Part shown: in pieces, positions 1 to 13,305 of the stretch | Position numbering within the stretch: the first letter of the stretch is position 1 | Layout of the letters: every line of letters starts with the position of its first letter | Source: Octopus sinensis | Lineage: Eukaryota | Reading direction: 5' to 3' | DNA length: 64,000 nucleotides | Assembly: GCF_006345805.1 (NCBI RefSeq) | Contig: NC_043025.1 | Location: forward strand, 13,826,001 to 13,890,000 | Position numbers and translations under genes: made by a program | Notes under the pieces: model-generated | Told to the model about the DNA's origin: nothing | The model's database searches: none | What the model saw: the letters and a program-made list of their open reading frames with translations, nothing else

Positions 1-267
1 ATATATATACATACATACACACACACACATGTATATACATAGCAGCAACATTTTTTGTCCATTTCCCATGCTTTATATGTGTATGTGTTTGTATTTATGT
101 ACATGTGTACACACACACACACACACATCCTTTCTTTTATGTGGAACATTTTTTGAGTCTGCTCATAAAAAAAGGCACCTACGTTATTATTTCTGACTCC
201 CTCTTATTATTCGCATCATCCTGTACGTAGCAAGGCAGTCAAGTATTTATGAATTTCCACCAATATA

Positions 268-677
268 GGTGCAGGAGTGGCTGTGTGGTAAGTAGCCTGT
301 TTACCAACCACATGATTCCAGGTTCAGTCCCACTGCGTGGCACCTTTGGCAAGTGTCTTCTACTATAGCCTCAGGCCGACCAAAGCCTTGTGAGTGGATT
401 TGGTAGACGGAAACTGAAAGAAGCCCATCGTATATATATGTATATATATATATGTGTGTGTATATGTTTATGTGTCTGTGTTTGTCCCCCTAGCATTGCT
501 TGACAACCGATGCTGGTGTGTTTACGTCCCCGTCACTTAGCGGTTCGGCAAAAGATACCGATAGAATAAGTACTTGGCTTACAAAAGAATAAGTCCTGGG
601 GTCGAGTTGCTCAATTAAAGGTGGTGCTCCAGCATGGCCACAGTCAAATGACTGAAACAAGTAAAAGAGTAAAGAGT
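268..677 (+). mobile_element. tRNA-derived SINE family A (bipartite, internal (TA)n(TG)n linker)
   Basis: A-box-like TGGCTGTGTGG, B-box-like GGTTCAGTCC, tail AAGTAAAAGAG; about 20 copies in the window. Confidence 0.9.
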
Positions 678-721
678 AATAAGTCCACATTTTTACTACA
701 CACTTGTATATATATGTATAT

Positions 722-1380
722 ATCATCATCATCATCATCGTTTAACGTCCACTTTCCATGCTGGCATGGGTTGGACGATATGACTGAGGCCTTGCGAACC
801 AGATGGCTGCGCCAGACTCCAATCTGATCTGGCAGAGTTTCTACAGCTGGATGCCCTTCCTAATGCCAACCACTCTGAGAGTGTAGTGGGTGCTTTTATG
901 TGCCACCGGCACAAGGGCCAGTCAGGCAGTACTGGCAACGGCCATGCTCAAATGGTGCTTTTTATGTGCCACCTGCACAGGAGCCAGTCCAGCGGCACTG
1001 GTAACGACCTCACTCGAATGTTTTTTCACGTGCCACCAGCACAAGTGCCAGTAAGGCGATGCTGGTAACAGTCACGCTCGAATGGTGTTTTTAATGTGTC
1101 ATTGGCACAGAGGCCAGCTTGTTGCTCTGGCAACGATCACACTCAGATGGTGCTCTTAGTGCTCCACTAGCACAGATACCAGTCATCGAATTTAATTTTG
1201 ATTCCTATTTCACTTGCCTCAACAGGTCTTTGCAAGTAGTGTCCAATGAAGGGAAGGTACGCATAAGTGGGCTGGTTACACCCCTGGCATCGGCCACAAG
1301 GTTATGGTCTCACTTGGCTTGACGGGTCTTCTCAAGCACAGCATATTTCCAAAAGTCTCGGTCACTGGTCATTGCCTCAC
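722..1380 (-). mobile_element. Family D interspersed repeat with internal GTGCCACCGGCAC subrepeats and (ATG)n 3' tail; other copies 3535-3855, 15070-15400, 22985-23322, 39025-39370, 48575-48840
   Basis: Shared CCATGCTAGCATGG...ACGTTAAACGATGATGATG end, as expected for an RTE-type tail. Confidence 0.8.
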
Positions 1381-1692
1381 AATTTGTTTATGTGTCTATA
1401 TATATATATATATGGAAAGTTTCTTGTCGAAGATACGTCTTGCTTTTATCCTTCGAAACGTAGAGTAGATGAAAGCTTTAGCGACTGAAGAAGGGGTTTT
1501 TTCTTTGTGTTAATTGTCCTGTACTCTATTTTTTTGCTGTTTTTAAAAAAATGTCCAGTTCCTTTGGTTTGTGTCTATGTTTTCGTTTCTCATTGTGTTC
1601 GACGTCCTTTTGGTGTCCTGTACTCATATATGTGTGTATATGTACATGTAGAGGTAGGTACGTACATATATGTTTATATATGCATATGTTTT

Positions 1693-1747
<55 letters not shown>

Positions 1748-2257
1748 GGGAGAGTTTACAAAAAAAAGAAAAGACAAAGACAGGTGGTGTACAAAACAAA
1801 CAGAAGATGTATTAGTATAACGCTCAGGAATAAAAAAAAAAGTCTTTTATGTTTTGAGCCTACGCTCCTGTACAGAAAGGGACACAGAGAAAAAACAAGG
1901 AGAGACACAAGGAGAGAAAAAAAATGTGTGAAGTGGCTAACAATCTATCAGTCACCACTTTATTTATATTTGAAAATTTTTCTCTTACACGGTACAGGCA
2001 AATAAATATTCTCTATTTGTATGGTTACAAGGCTACCAATGGTTTCATGCACAAGATCTTCACAATTGTTCAATCATGTCACATAGAAATGCTGGTAGTA
2101 TACACACACACACGCACACACATGCACACATATATACATATGTGTGTGGGGGGTTGCATTTACATTTGTTATCCCTCACCACTGCTTGATGGCTGGTGTT
2201 GGTCTGTTTACATCCCTGTGACTTAGCTATAAAGTATAAGAAACTGATCGATTAAGT

Positions 2258-2644
2258 ACTCTTTTACTTGTTTCAGTCAATTGACTGCAGCCATGCTGGA
2301 GCACCGCCTTTAGTCAAACAAATCGACCCCGGGACTTATTCTTTGTAAGCCCAGTACTTATTCTATCGGTCTCTTTTTGCCGAACCGCTAAGTGATGGGG
2401 ACGTAAACACACCAGCATCGGTTGTCAAGCGATGGTGGGGGGACAAACACAGACACATACATATATATATATACATATATACGACAGGCTTCTTTCAGTT
2501 TCCATCTACCAAATCCACTCACAAGGCATTGGTCGGCCCAGGGCTATAGCAGAAGACACTTGCTCAAGGTGCCACACAGTGGGACTGAACCCAGAACCAT
2601 GTGGTTGGTAAGCAAGCTACTTACCACACAGCCACTCCTGCGCC
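2258..2644 (-). mobile_element. SINE family A
   Basis: Full-length reverse copy. Confidence 0.88.
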
Positions 2645-3291
2645 TCTAGACTTCAAAAAAACGAAATATTGAATTCAATTCCCTTGACCAAAACCCTTTA
2701 AGGCAATGCTCCAGCATGGCCACACTACAATGACTGAAACAAGCTAGAGGACAAAAGATAAACAAACATTTTGTCTGCGCCATCAACAATGCCAAAAAGC
2801 AATTTCTTCATAAAAATCTCTCAAGGTGTTTTGAATGTGTTTACCTGTTGATAAGGCCTCAACCTGAAGGAAACTAAGTCGTGACAACCGAAGTCATGGA
2901 ATGAATTCATTTGCATATGATTAACATATCATTAGCATAATGTTGAATGATAACCTCTTGTTTTGTTTTGATAGGCAATTTTTTGAGGGCAGTTGAGGGT
3001 GGGTTTGTGGGGTTCTGACATATATTGAGGGCCTACATGTGACTGGGGACGTATTGGAATATAATCGGTGATACTGGCTGTGTGTGTGTGTGTTTTTGTG
3101 TGTATGTGTGTATGTGTGTTTGTGTGTGTGTATGTGTGTGTGTGTGTGTGCACGTGTGGTGTATGTGTGTGTATGAATAATGTTGGTTTTGGATGTGTGT
3201 ATGTATGTGAGTATGTATGTAATGTTGATTATGTGTGTGTGTGTGTAATGTTCGCTTTGTGTGAATGCATGTATGTATGTGTGTATGTTGG

Positions 3292-3333
<42 letters not shown>

Positions 3334-4211
3334 CTGTCCCCCCAGCATCGGTGACAACCAATGCTGGTGTGTTTACATCCCCGTAACTTAGCAGTTCGGC
3401 AAAAGACACCGATAGAATAAGTACTAGGCTTACAAAGAATAAGTCCTGGGGTCGATTTGCTCGACTAAAAGGTGGTGTTCCAGCATGGCCACACTCAAAT
3501 GACTGAAACAAGTAAAAGAGTATATATATAAAGGCCGATGCCAGTGCCGCCTCGAATGGCTTCCGTGCTGGTGGCACGTAAAATGCACCATCCGAACGCG
3601 GCCAATGCCAGTGCCACCTTGACTGGCTTCCGTGCCGATGGCACATTAAAAGCACCACCCGATCAGGGCCACTGCCAGACTCCCCTGGCACCTGTGCCAG
3701 TGGTACGTAAAAAGCACCCACTACACTCACGGAGTGGTTGGCATTAGGAAGGGCAGACTGGAGCCTGGTGCAGCCTCCTGGCTTCTCAGAGCCCAGTCGA
3801 ACCGTCCAACCCATGCTAGCATGGAAAACGGACGTTAATCGATGATGATGATGATATATGTATGTATATATGATATTTACCACATGAACAACGATGAAAA
3901 GAATATGAGAAAGATATGGTATATAACTTTTTTTTAAGGGTTACACATAAGGGTTAAAAGGGTTGAGAAACACTGGTTATGAGTAAGGGTGCGTAATGTG
4001 GTGGGAAGGAAGGAGGGCAACAAGAAGAATTGAAGGAAATCAGAAATGGAATGAATCAAAGAACAAAGGAAGGAATTCTCTACTTACTTTTTCTCCCTTG
4101 TCCGTATAAGTGGTCTGGAATACAGAAGGAAATATCCATTAATTACTACATATACAAAATTTATAAACATGCACATATATTCCTATGAGGGGTGCTGAAA
4201 AGACCCTGGTT

Positions 4212-5784
4212 TTAACCCTTTCATTACTGTATTTATTTTGAGATGCTCTCTCTCTCTCTTTTACTCTCTGACTCGTTTCAGTCATTTGACTGCGGCCATG
4301 CTGGAGCACCGCCTTTAGTCGAGCAAATCGACCCCAGGACTTATTCTTTGTAAGCCTAGTACTTATTCTATCGGTCTCTTTTGCCGAACCGCAAAGTGAC
4401 GGGGACGTAGACACACCGGCATCAGTTGTCAAGCAATGCTAGGGGGACAAACACAGACACACACACACACACACACATACACATACATATATATGACAGG
4501 CTTCTTTCAGTTTCCGTCTACCAAATCCACTCATAAGGCATTGGTCGGCCCGGGGCTATAGCAGAAGACACTTGCCCAAGATGCCACACAGTGGGACTGA
4601 ACCCGGAACCATGTGGTTGGTAAGCAAGCTACTTACTACACATCCACTCCTGCTCTGTATTTCTTTGAATAAATTTTAAATATAACAAAGAATTTAGTAA
4701 AATAACTTAGTTATCATTCAGCTAGTGTTAGGAACATAAATTGTGACTAAGGTTGGTGGAAGATTTTTATCAGAACTTATGAAAACAAGACTTTGTCCTA
4801 AAGAGCCAGAAGTGGTTTCATCAAACCAGGATGGTATCAAAAGGGTTAAGAAATGTTCTCTATTATATATTTTAACCCTTTTGTTACCATATTTCTGTTG
4901 AGATTGCTCGGTGTTTCTTTAAATTAATTTAAATATAACAAAGAATTTAGTGAAATAACTTAGTTATCATTCAGCTGGTTGGTTTAGGAACATAATTGTG
5001 ACTAAGTTTGGTGGAAGATTTTAATTCAGAACTTATGAAAACAAGACATTTGTCCTAAAGAGCCAGAAGTGGTTTCCAAACCAGGATGGTATCAAAAGGG
5101 TTAAGAATTGTTTCTCTATATATATTTTAAACCATTTTGTTACCATATTTGTTGAGATGCTCTGTGTTTCTTTCACAATTAATTTAAATATAACAAAGAA
5201 TTTAGTAAAATAACTTAGTTATCATTCAGCTGGTGTTAGGAACATAAATTGTGACTAAGGTTTGGTGGAAGATTTTAATTCAGAACTTATGAAAACAAGA
5301 CATTTGTCCTAAAGAGCCAGAAGTGGTTTCAACCAGGATGGTATCAAAAGGGTTAAGAATTGTTTCTCTATTATATATTTTAACCCTTTTGTTACCATAT
5401 TTCTGTTGAGATGCTCTGTGTTTCTTTCAATTAATTTAAATATAACAAAGAATTTAGTAAAATAACTTAGTTATCATTCAGCTGGTGTTAGGAACATAAA
5501 TTGTGACTAAGGTTTGGTGGAAGATTTTAATTCAAAACTTATGAAAACAAGACATTTGTACTCAGAGCCAGAGGTTTTTCACCAGGTTGGTACCAAAAGG
5601 GTTAAGAATTGTTTCTCTATTATATATCTTTACCTTTTGTTACCATATTTCTGCTGAGATGTTCTGTGTTTCTTCAATTAATTTAAATATAACAAAGAAT
5701 TAGTAAATAACTTAGTTATCATTAATCTAGTGTTAGGAACATAAATTGTGACTAAGGTTTGGTGGAAGATTTTAATTCAAAACT
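4212..5784 (+). mobile_element. Tandem array of a piggyBac-type MITE (~225 bp, period ~250 bp) running into the gap; first copy split by a SINE
   Basis: TTAA-CCCTTTTGTTACCA...TGGTATCAAAAGGG-TTAA (e.g. 4872-5104, 5380-5605); CCC/GGG termini with TTAA flanks. Confidence 0.8.
4261..4653 (-). mobile_element. SINE family A nested in a piggyBac-type MITE
   Basis: MITE sequence resumes on both sides (GAGATGCTCT / GCTCTGTATTTC). Confidence 0.85.
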
Positions 5785-5884
5785 NNNNNNNNNNNNNNNN
5801 NNNNNNNNNNNNNNNNNNNNNNNNNNNNNNNNNNNNNNNNNNNNNNNNNNNNNNNNNNNNNNNNNNNNNNNNNNNNNNNNNNNN
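5785..5884. other. Assembly gap (100 N)
   Basis: Run of N. Confidence 0.99.
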
Positions 5885-6019
5885 CCGGTTTCAGTCATTG
5901 AGACTTTTTCAACTGTAAATATGGAAAACAATTTAGAAAAATTAAAAGAAAAGTTTTTTTTTAAAAGAAATCTTTGCATCACAGCATACATGAACACTAC
6001 AACATAATTTCTTTTCCTC

Positions 6020-6290
6020 AACAGGCCTGCCCTATTTAACATTGTCCCGAAGAGATCAAAGAGGAAAAGGATCCCATCACAACTTTAAAACGGAGTCTGG
6101 ATAGATTCCTTCAAGGAATACCAGATAAACCACCCATAATTGGATACAACTCACCTAACAAAAACTCACTACTTGAATGGACCATAAACAAAACTTGACT
6201 TAAACAGGATTCAGATAATCCTGTCAGGTGGTGCTATTAAGTTTGACATGGCCTGGACCAATCTTTGGTCGAAACATATCTAAGTTTTAT
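6020..6290 (+). mobile_element. CR1/L2-type LINE extreme 3' fragment
   Basis: Encodes ...FKRSLDRFLQGIPDKP...NSL-like terminus. Confidence 0.55.
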
Positions 6291-7203
6291 CTAAGTTTAG
6301 TGTTCAAATATAAGTGGAATTTTCCTTGTTTTTACCTGTCTCTGTGTCTCTTGTTTACTCTTGTGGGTTCAAGGTCTTTGTGAATATATTTATAAATATT
6401 TAAAATGAGGCTGAGAAATTGGATATTAATTTAATTAACATCAATTTAACACAAGTGATATATATATATGTATATGAAATTGGATATTAATTTAATTAAC
6501 ATCAAATTAACACAAGTGATATATATATATTAATATAATTATAATTAGGTAAACGTTAAAAAAACACAAACTGGGACAAGAACGTGAAACATTTTGAAGA
6601 CGACAAAAAAACACACAACGGGACTTTCGAAGCTCTCAGTCATCAGTCAAGAACCATATCATCTTCGCATTTCGGCTGATTAATCTTGAGATTGCTCCAA
6701 TCTGGGCAGCCCGCCAAGGAAATCTAAGCCAATCGCATTAGATTCCTTGGAAGAAAACCTCGAATTACACAACACGGTGACGGAAAAACGGACGATGTTA
6801 CTCGAAAAAAATTCAAAAAGACGTAAAAACAATAAAGATAGCACGGATAAAAATACAGAATAACGTAAAAACAATAATAACAAAACCAGGATAATTATAA
6901 TTATATATATAAGCCTAGTGAATGGATTTGGTGGACGGAAACTGAAAGAAGTCTGTCATACATATATATATATTAATATATATATATATAGTGTAGGAAG
7001 AAATGGAGCTGAACGAAGATTTAACAAAATTCCTTTTCATTATTTTCTACATATGTTTCAAAGGCTGCAAAGTCCCTAATTCGGATTGAATAAGAGAGTC
7101 CATTTTCTGTTGTGATTTTTGCTACCCCAGGTATCGGTTATCATTTGAATTATCCGTAATAAGATAATTCATTTATCTACTTCAATAATCATATATAAAT
7201 ATA

Positions 7204-7243
<40 letters not shown>

Positions 7244-7246
7244 TAT

Positions 7247-7279
<33 letters not shown>

Positions 7280-7304
7280 TATATATATTATATTATATAT
7301 AGTG

Positions 7305-7357
<53 letters not shown>

Positions 7358-7807
7358 TAATTATATATTTGTAAAAAATGAAGTTCGAAAATGCTGCTGT
7401 ATTATACAATTTTTAATTTTTATATATACATTATAACATGTTTCAGTTCCTGAAATGAACCTTATCAAAAAAAGTTATATATAAAAAGAGACAGCTCATG
7501 CCGTCAAACACAAGAAATTCATGTATAATACACAACGGAGTCAGACATCTTAGAGTTCATGTAGTTTTGATATATAGTTTCATGTATAGTTGATATATAG
7601 TTTGAAGTATATGTTCAAAGTGTTCGATGCAGTGGCCCACGGTGGCGATACGTATTCAATACAAAAACAGATCAAGTGGTGGAAAGCGGTCAATACAGAA
7701 GATTGATGTTTCCGAAAGAGCGAGGAATTCATTTTTACCTCAAGCAATTGTGATGACCCATGGTGGAAGTTCATATATATAGTGTATATATTATATATAT
7801 AGTGTAT

Positions 7808-7851
<44 letters not shown>

Positions 7852-8633
7852 ATATATATAGTGTATATATATATAGTGTATATATATATATATATATATA
7901 TAGTGTAATAAATAAAATATATGCATACATACAAACATATATGTACGTACCTACATCTACATGTATATATACATGCATATATAAATATATATACGTGTGT
8001 ACAGGACACCACAAATAGACGTAGAACTCAACGAGAAACGAAAAAGTAAAATCAGTATGGAACGGGGCATTTTTTTAACAACGAAAAAACAGAGTACAAG
8101 ACAAACTACACAAGGAAAAATCCCCCTTCATCAGCTGTCCCTGGTTCAAATCCAGCATACAATTATATAGATATATAATAATATATAATATATATATGCA
8201 TGTGTATATGTACATATACACACACATGACAGTTATGGTTAAAGATTTCTGTTCTCAACCCCATGGTTTAAGGTTTAGTCCCACAGTATGGCACTCTGGT
8301 GGTGGTGGTGGGGGAGCACAAGTGTCTTCACATATACCCCTGCCCCACCCCCCACCCCTCCGAGCAGTGATTTTTCTGTTGGAAACCTTGAATTGTGTCT
8401 GTGTGTGTGTATGTATGTGTGTGCGTGTGCGTGTGTGTGTGTGTGCGTGTACATGTGTGTGTGTGTGTATGTGTGTACAGGCATTCAGATGTACCTCAGG
8501 GGGTTTTGCAGCGAAGATGGGTGAGATGGGGGTGGAGAGTGGTGATGGGGGTGGGAAGTGGTGTTGGGTAGGAGGGAGTGGTGGGAGGAGATGAAAAAAC
8601 TAGACCAGGGAGGACATTGACAGTGTTGCCATC

Positions 8634-8683
<50 letters not shown>

Positions 8684-10314
8684 GCACGCACGCACGCGTC
8701 TCCCCCCACCCCCACCGCCGAATGTCACCCTCCCCCCCTCACGCCCCACTCCCATTCACTACCAGATGTATATGTTCTCATTCACCTCCAATGTCTCATC
8801 ACCACCACCACCACCATCACCACTTACACATAAACCCCCACCCCGTTCCACCCCACTATCATCACTACCACCACCACCACCACCACTGCCGACACTGTCA
8901 CCAGCATCACTCCCCCCATTGGCCTGTTTCGGCTCCCAGACACAAAACCTTTCTAGAAACCAAACTATCTACCCCCACCCCACCCCACACACGCACCCGT
9001 CCTCGGCACCCCAACACCCAAGCAGCACCTTCTTCACTTCACACACGACCTACCCCCACCCCGTTCCACCCCACTATCATCACTACCACCACCACCACCA
9101 CCACTGCCGACACTGTCACCAGCACACTCACTCCCCCCATTGGCCTGTTTCGGCTCCCAGACAACAAACCTTTCTAGAAACCAAACTATCTACCCACCCC
9201 ACCCCACACACGCACCCGTCCTCGCACCGCCCCCCAACACCAAGCACACCTTCTTCACTTCACACACGACCTACCCCCACCCCGTTCTTGCCCCGCCACC
9301 ACACGTCACGTCACACCACCACCACCCCGATACCCATCCATCCATCCATCCACCCGTCCATCCACCCGCTCCACAGATAACTAAGAAACAGAAAGGGAAA
9401 ACCAAAAAAATAGAAAAAACGGGGAAAACGATGTCAGGCAAAGGTCAAACGTATGTGGAAAGAGAGTGAGAAGAGAGGGTCATGTCGGGAGCGAGGGAGA
9501 CGAGCAATTGGTGGGGGGGAGGAGAGATGTGGAAAGGAGGAAGAAAGAGAGAGAGAGAGGTAGATAGAATGTGAGAGAAGGAGTGAGAAGTGAGGGTCGT
9601 GTCGGGAGAGGGGGACGAGTAATCGGTGGGGGGAGGAGAGATGTGGAAAGAAGAAAGAGAGAAAGAGAGGGGGAGAGAGATATAGATAAAGGGTGAGAGA
9701 GGACAAGGCAGAGAAGGAGAAAGGCAGTGGGGCTAACAATGGAGGGGTCGGGGTACCGAAAGGGGTCGTGGTGGATAGGGGATGGAGAGGGAGGTTGAGC
9801 CAATAGATATGATATGAGGATGAGTAGCTGGCTGGGTGGAGGGTGGAGGGGGGTCTTGATGAGTGGAGGGTGGGCGGGTGGGTGGTGGAGGGGAGGATGC
9901 GATTAGTGAAAGGGTTAAAACACAAATCCACCCCACCCCCTCGTAAACAAAAGTAAACAACTGAACACCCACCCCTCCATGCCACCCACGTCTTCGCTCA
10001 ACCCCCCCCCGCAATCCCACCCCTTTCCGCTACACCAAGTCCTCTCTCTCTCTCCTCTCTCTTTCTGTCTCACCCAGATGTATTTACCATTTACCTGATG
10101 AGGACTTCCAGGGTGTCGGTGGAGGGGGGGTGAAAAGGGGGGATACGCGGGGGGGGACTGAGGGGTAGGATGTAGTGAGGGTAGGCGCTGATGTAGGGTT
10201 CTTTTACTCATTTGAGCAGTAGAATATTGGGCCACTTTCATAGATATTATCATAGACATTATCATTCCACCCATGCCCATCTCTCCTCTTATACTCCCAT
10301 ACTCAACACCCAGA

Positions 10315-10830
10315 CGTGGCTGTGTGGTTAAGAAGATTGCTTACCAACCAAATGGTTCCAGGTTCAGTCCCACTGCGTGGCACCTTGGGCAAGTGTCTTC
10401 TACTACAGCCTCAGACAGACCAAAGACTTGTGCATGGTTTTGGTAGGACGGAAACTGAAAGAAGCCCATTGCATGTATACATAGGTGCAGGCGTGGCTGT
10501 GTGGTAAGTAGCTTGCTTCCCAACCACATGGTTCCAGGTTCAGTCCCACAGCGTGGTACATCAGGCAAGTATTTTCTGGTAGACGGAAACTGAAAGAAGC
10601 CCGTCGTATATATGTATATATATGTGTGTGTGTGTGTTTGTGTTTGTCCCCCCAACATCGCTTGACAACCGATGCTGGTGTGTTTACGTCCCTTTAAACT
10701 AGCGGTTCGGCAAAAGACACCGATAGAATATGTACTAGGCGTACAAAGGATAATTCCTAGGGTCGATTTGCTCGACGGTAGGCGGTGCTCCAACACGGCC
10801 GCAGTCAAATGACTGAAACTATTAAAAGAG
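10315..10830 (+). mobile_element. SINE family A, partial head followed by a second copy
   Basis: Two successive heads and one 3' half. Confidence 0.82.
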
Positions 10831-11077
10831 TATTTTTGCTAAGCCTGATAGTTATTCCATCAGTCACTCAAGCCAAACCGCTAAGTTACGGGGACATAAA
10901 CACGCTAGCATTGGTCGTCAAGCGGTAGAGGGGGACAAACACACACACACACACATACGATGGGGGTATACACGAGTGTGTGTGAAAAGTTCCTGGTTTT
11001 GGGTAAAAGAAAATAGAAGAGGATCAGTTAATTATGATTTTATTCACCATATTCCCCTCTCAGATTCACACACAATA

Positions 11078-11468
11078 GGCGCAGGAGTGGCTGTGTGGTA
11101 AGTAGCTTGCCAACCAACCACATGGTTCCGGGTTCAGTCCCACTGCATGACACCTTGGGCAAGTGTCTTCTACTATAGCCTCGGGCCGACCATTGCCTTG
11201 TGAGTGGATTTGGTAGACGGAAACTGAAAGAAGCCTGTCGTATATATGTATATATATGTATGTATGTGTATGTATATGTTTGTGTGTCTGTGTTTGTCCC
11301 CCTAGCATTGCTTGACAACCGATGCTGGTTTGCTTACGTCCCCGTCATTTAGCGGATAGAATAAGTATCCTAGGCTTACAAAGAATAACTCCCGGGGTCG
11401 ATTTGCTCGACTAAAGGCGGTGCTCCAGCATGGCCGCAGTCAAATGACTGAAACAAGTTTAAAAGAGT
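11078..11468 (+). mobile_element. SINE family A
   Basis: Full-length copy. Confidence 0.88.
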
Positions 11469-12068
11469 ACTTATTGCACTGGACCTTCAGGTTCTTTTCA
11501 GCTCTGTAAAAGAACTCGGAAGTTTGGGCCTCAAGCCTGGCCTTTTGCGGCACCCCATAGAGCCAGCGACTTTTCAGCATGCCCTCGCATGTTCCCACGC
11601 CGGGCGAAATGCTTTGCGGTATTTCGTCTGCCGCTACGTTCTGAGTTCAAGTTCCGCTGAGGTCGACTTTGCCTTTCATCCTTTCGCGGTCGATAAATTA
11701 AGTACCAGTTACGCACTGGGATCGATGTAATTGACTTAATCCCTTTGTCTGTCCTTGTTTGTCATCTCTGTGTTTAGCCCCTTGTGGGTAGTAAAGAAGT
11801 AAACCTCAAGACACACACATACATATCTACATACGCTTTAACTACATATAACGCACAGAATAGTACCCCACGGTCCCCCCATACAATACACACCCACGCC
11901 ACCCCGTCTATCACACCCACCCTTTTCCCACCCCTTTGCCACTGTTCATTAAAAAAACATTTGCCATATTTAGAACAGATGTCAACTTATCTCGATAACG
12001 GGTTTCGATTCGCGAGGTCAAGGTGAAGGGGAGATAACTACGACAACAACTTGATACTGCTGTGTCTA

Positions 12069-13305
12069 TTTAACCCAAGGTCAGTCCTGTTCCAGAAAGA
12101 TCTATGATCAAAGACGTTCCAGCTGTGACCATCCTGTCTTTTATTCAGACATAGTGTACCTAGGACTACATTATCGAATGTGCCCTTCTTAGTTATTATT
12201 GTTTATTTTAGCCCCAGGTCAGTCCTGATCCAGCTGACCTATGATCAAAGACGTTCCAGCTGTGACCATCGTGTCTTTTATTCAGACATAGTGTACCTAG
12301 GACTACATTATCGAATGTGCCCTTCTTAGTAATTATTGTTTATTTTAGCCCCAGGTCAGTCCTGATCCAGCTGACCTATGATCAAAGACGTTCCAGCTGT
12401 GACCATCGTGTCTTTTATTCAGACATAGTGTACCTAGGACCACATTATCGAATGTGCCCTTCTTAGTTATTATTGTTTATTTTAGCCCCAGGTCAGTCCT
12501 GATCCAGCTGACCTATGATCAAAGACGTTCCAGCTGTGACCATCCTGTCTTTTATTCTGGCATAGTGTATCTAGGAGTACATTATCTAATGTGTCTAGTC
12601 ATTATTGTTGTTGTTATTTTAGCCCCAGGTCAGACCTGATCCAGCTGACCTATGATCAAAGACGTTCCAGCTGTGACCATCCTGTCTTTTATTCAGACAT
12701 AATGTATCTAGGACTACATTATCGAATGTCCTTCCTTGTTCGTGTTGTTTAGCCCCAGGTCAGTCCTGACCCAGACTTAGGATCAAAGACGTTCCAGCTG
12801 TGACCATCCCGTCTTTGATTCAGACACGGTGTACCTAGGACTACATTAGCGAATGTACCCTTCTTTGTTATTGTTATTAAATCCCAAGTCAGTCCTGATC
12901 CAGATAGACCTATGATCAAAGACGTTCCAGCTGTGACCATCCTGTCTTTTATTCAGGCATAGTGTACCTAGGACTACATTATCTAATGTGTCCTTGCTGT
13001 TGTTTAGCCCCACGTCAGTCCTGATCCAGCAGACCTATGATCAAAGATGCTCCAGCTGTGACCATCCTGTCTTTTATTCTGGCATAGTGTATCTAGGACT
13101 ACATTATCTAACGTGTTCTCCCTTATTATTGTTTAGCCCCAGGTCAGTCCTGATCCAGCTGACCTATGATCAAAGAAGTTCCAGCTGTGACCATCCTGTC
13201 TTTTATTCAGACATAGTGTATCTACGAGTACATTATCTAATGTGTCCTTGATGTTTAGCCCCAGGTCAGTCCTGATCCAGACTGACCTATGATCAAAGAT
13301 CTATG
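12069..13305 (+). repeat. ~120-138 bp tandem repeat, ~10 units
   Basis: Unit TTAGCCCCAGGTCAGTCCTGATCCAGCTGACCTATGATCAAAGACGTTCCAGCTGTGACCATCC... repeated head to tail. Confidence 0.92.

Noticed and set aside
268-345. tRNA genes at SINE heads
   Set aside because: A/B-box-like motifs are present, but there is no complete cloverleaf and each continues into a dispersed repeat body.
1428-1500. Hammerhead-like pieces CTTCGAAACG and CTGAAGAAGGGG
   Set aside because: The halves are in permuted order with unconvincing stems I and III; at best a degenerate Penelope-like relic.
8196-10280. His/Pro/Thr-rich ORFs
   Set aside because: Low-complexity translations in multiple overlapping frames, with no domain or splice logic.
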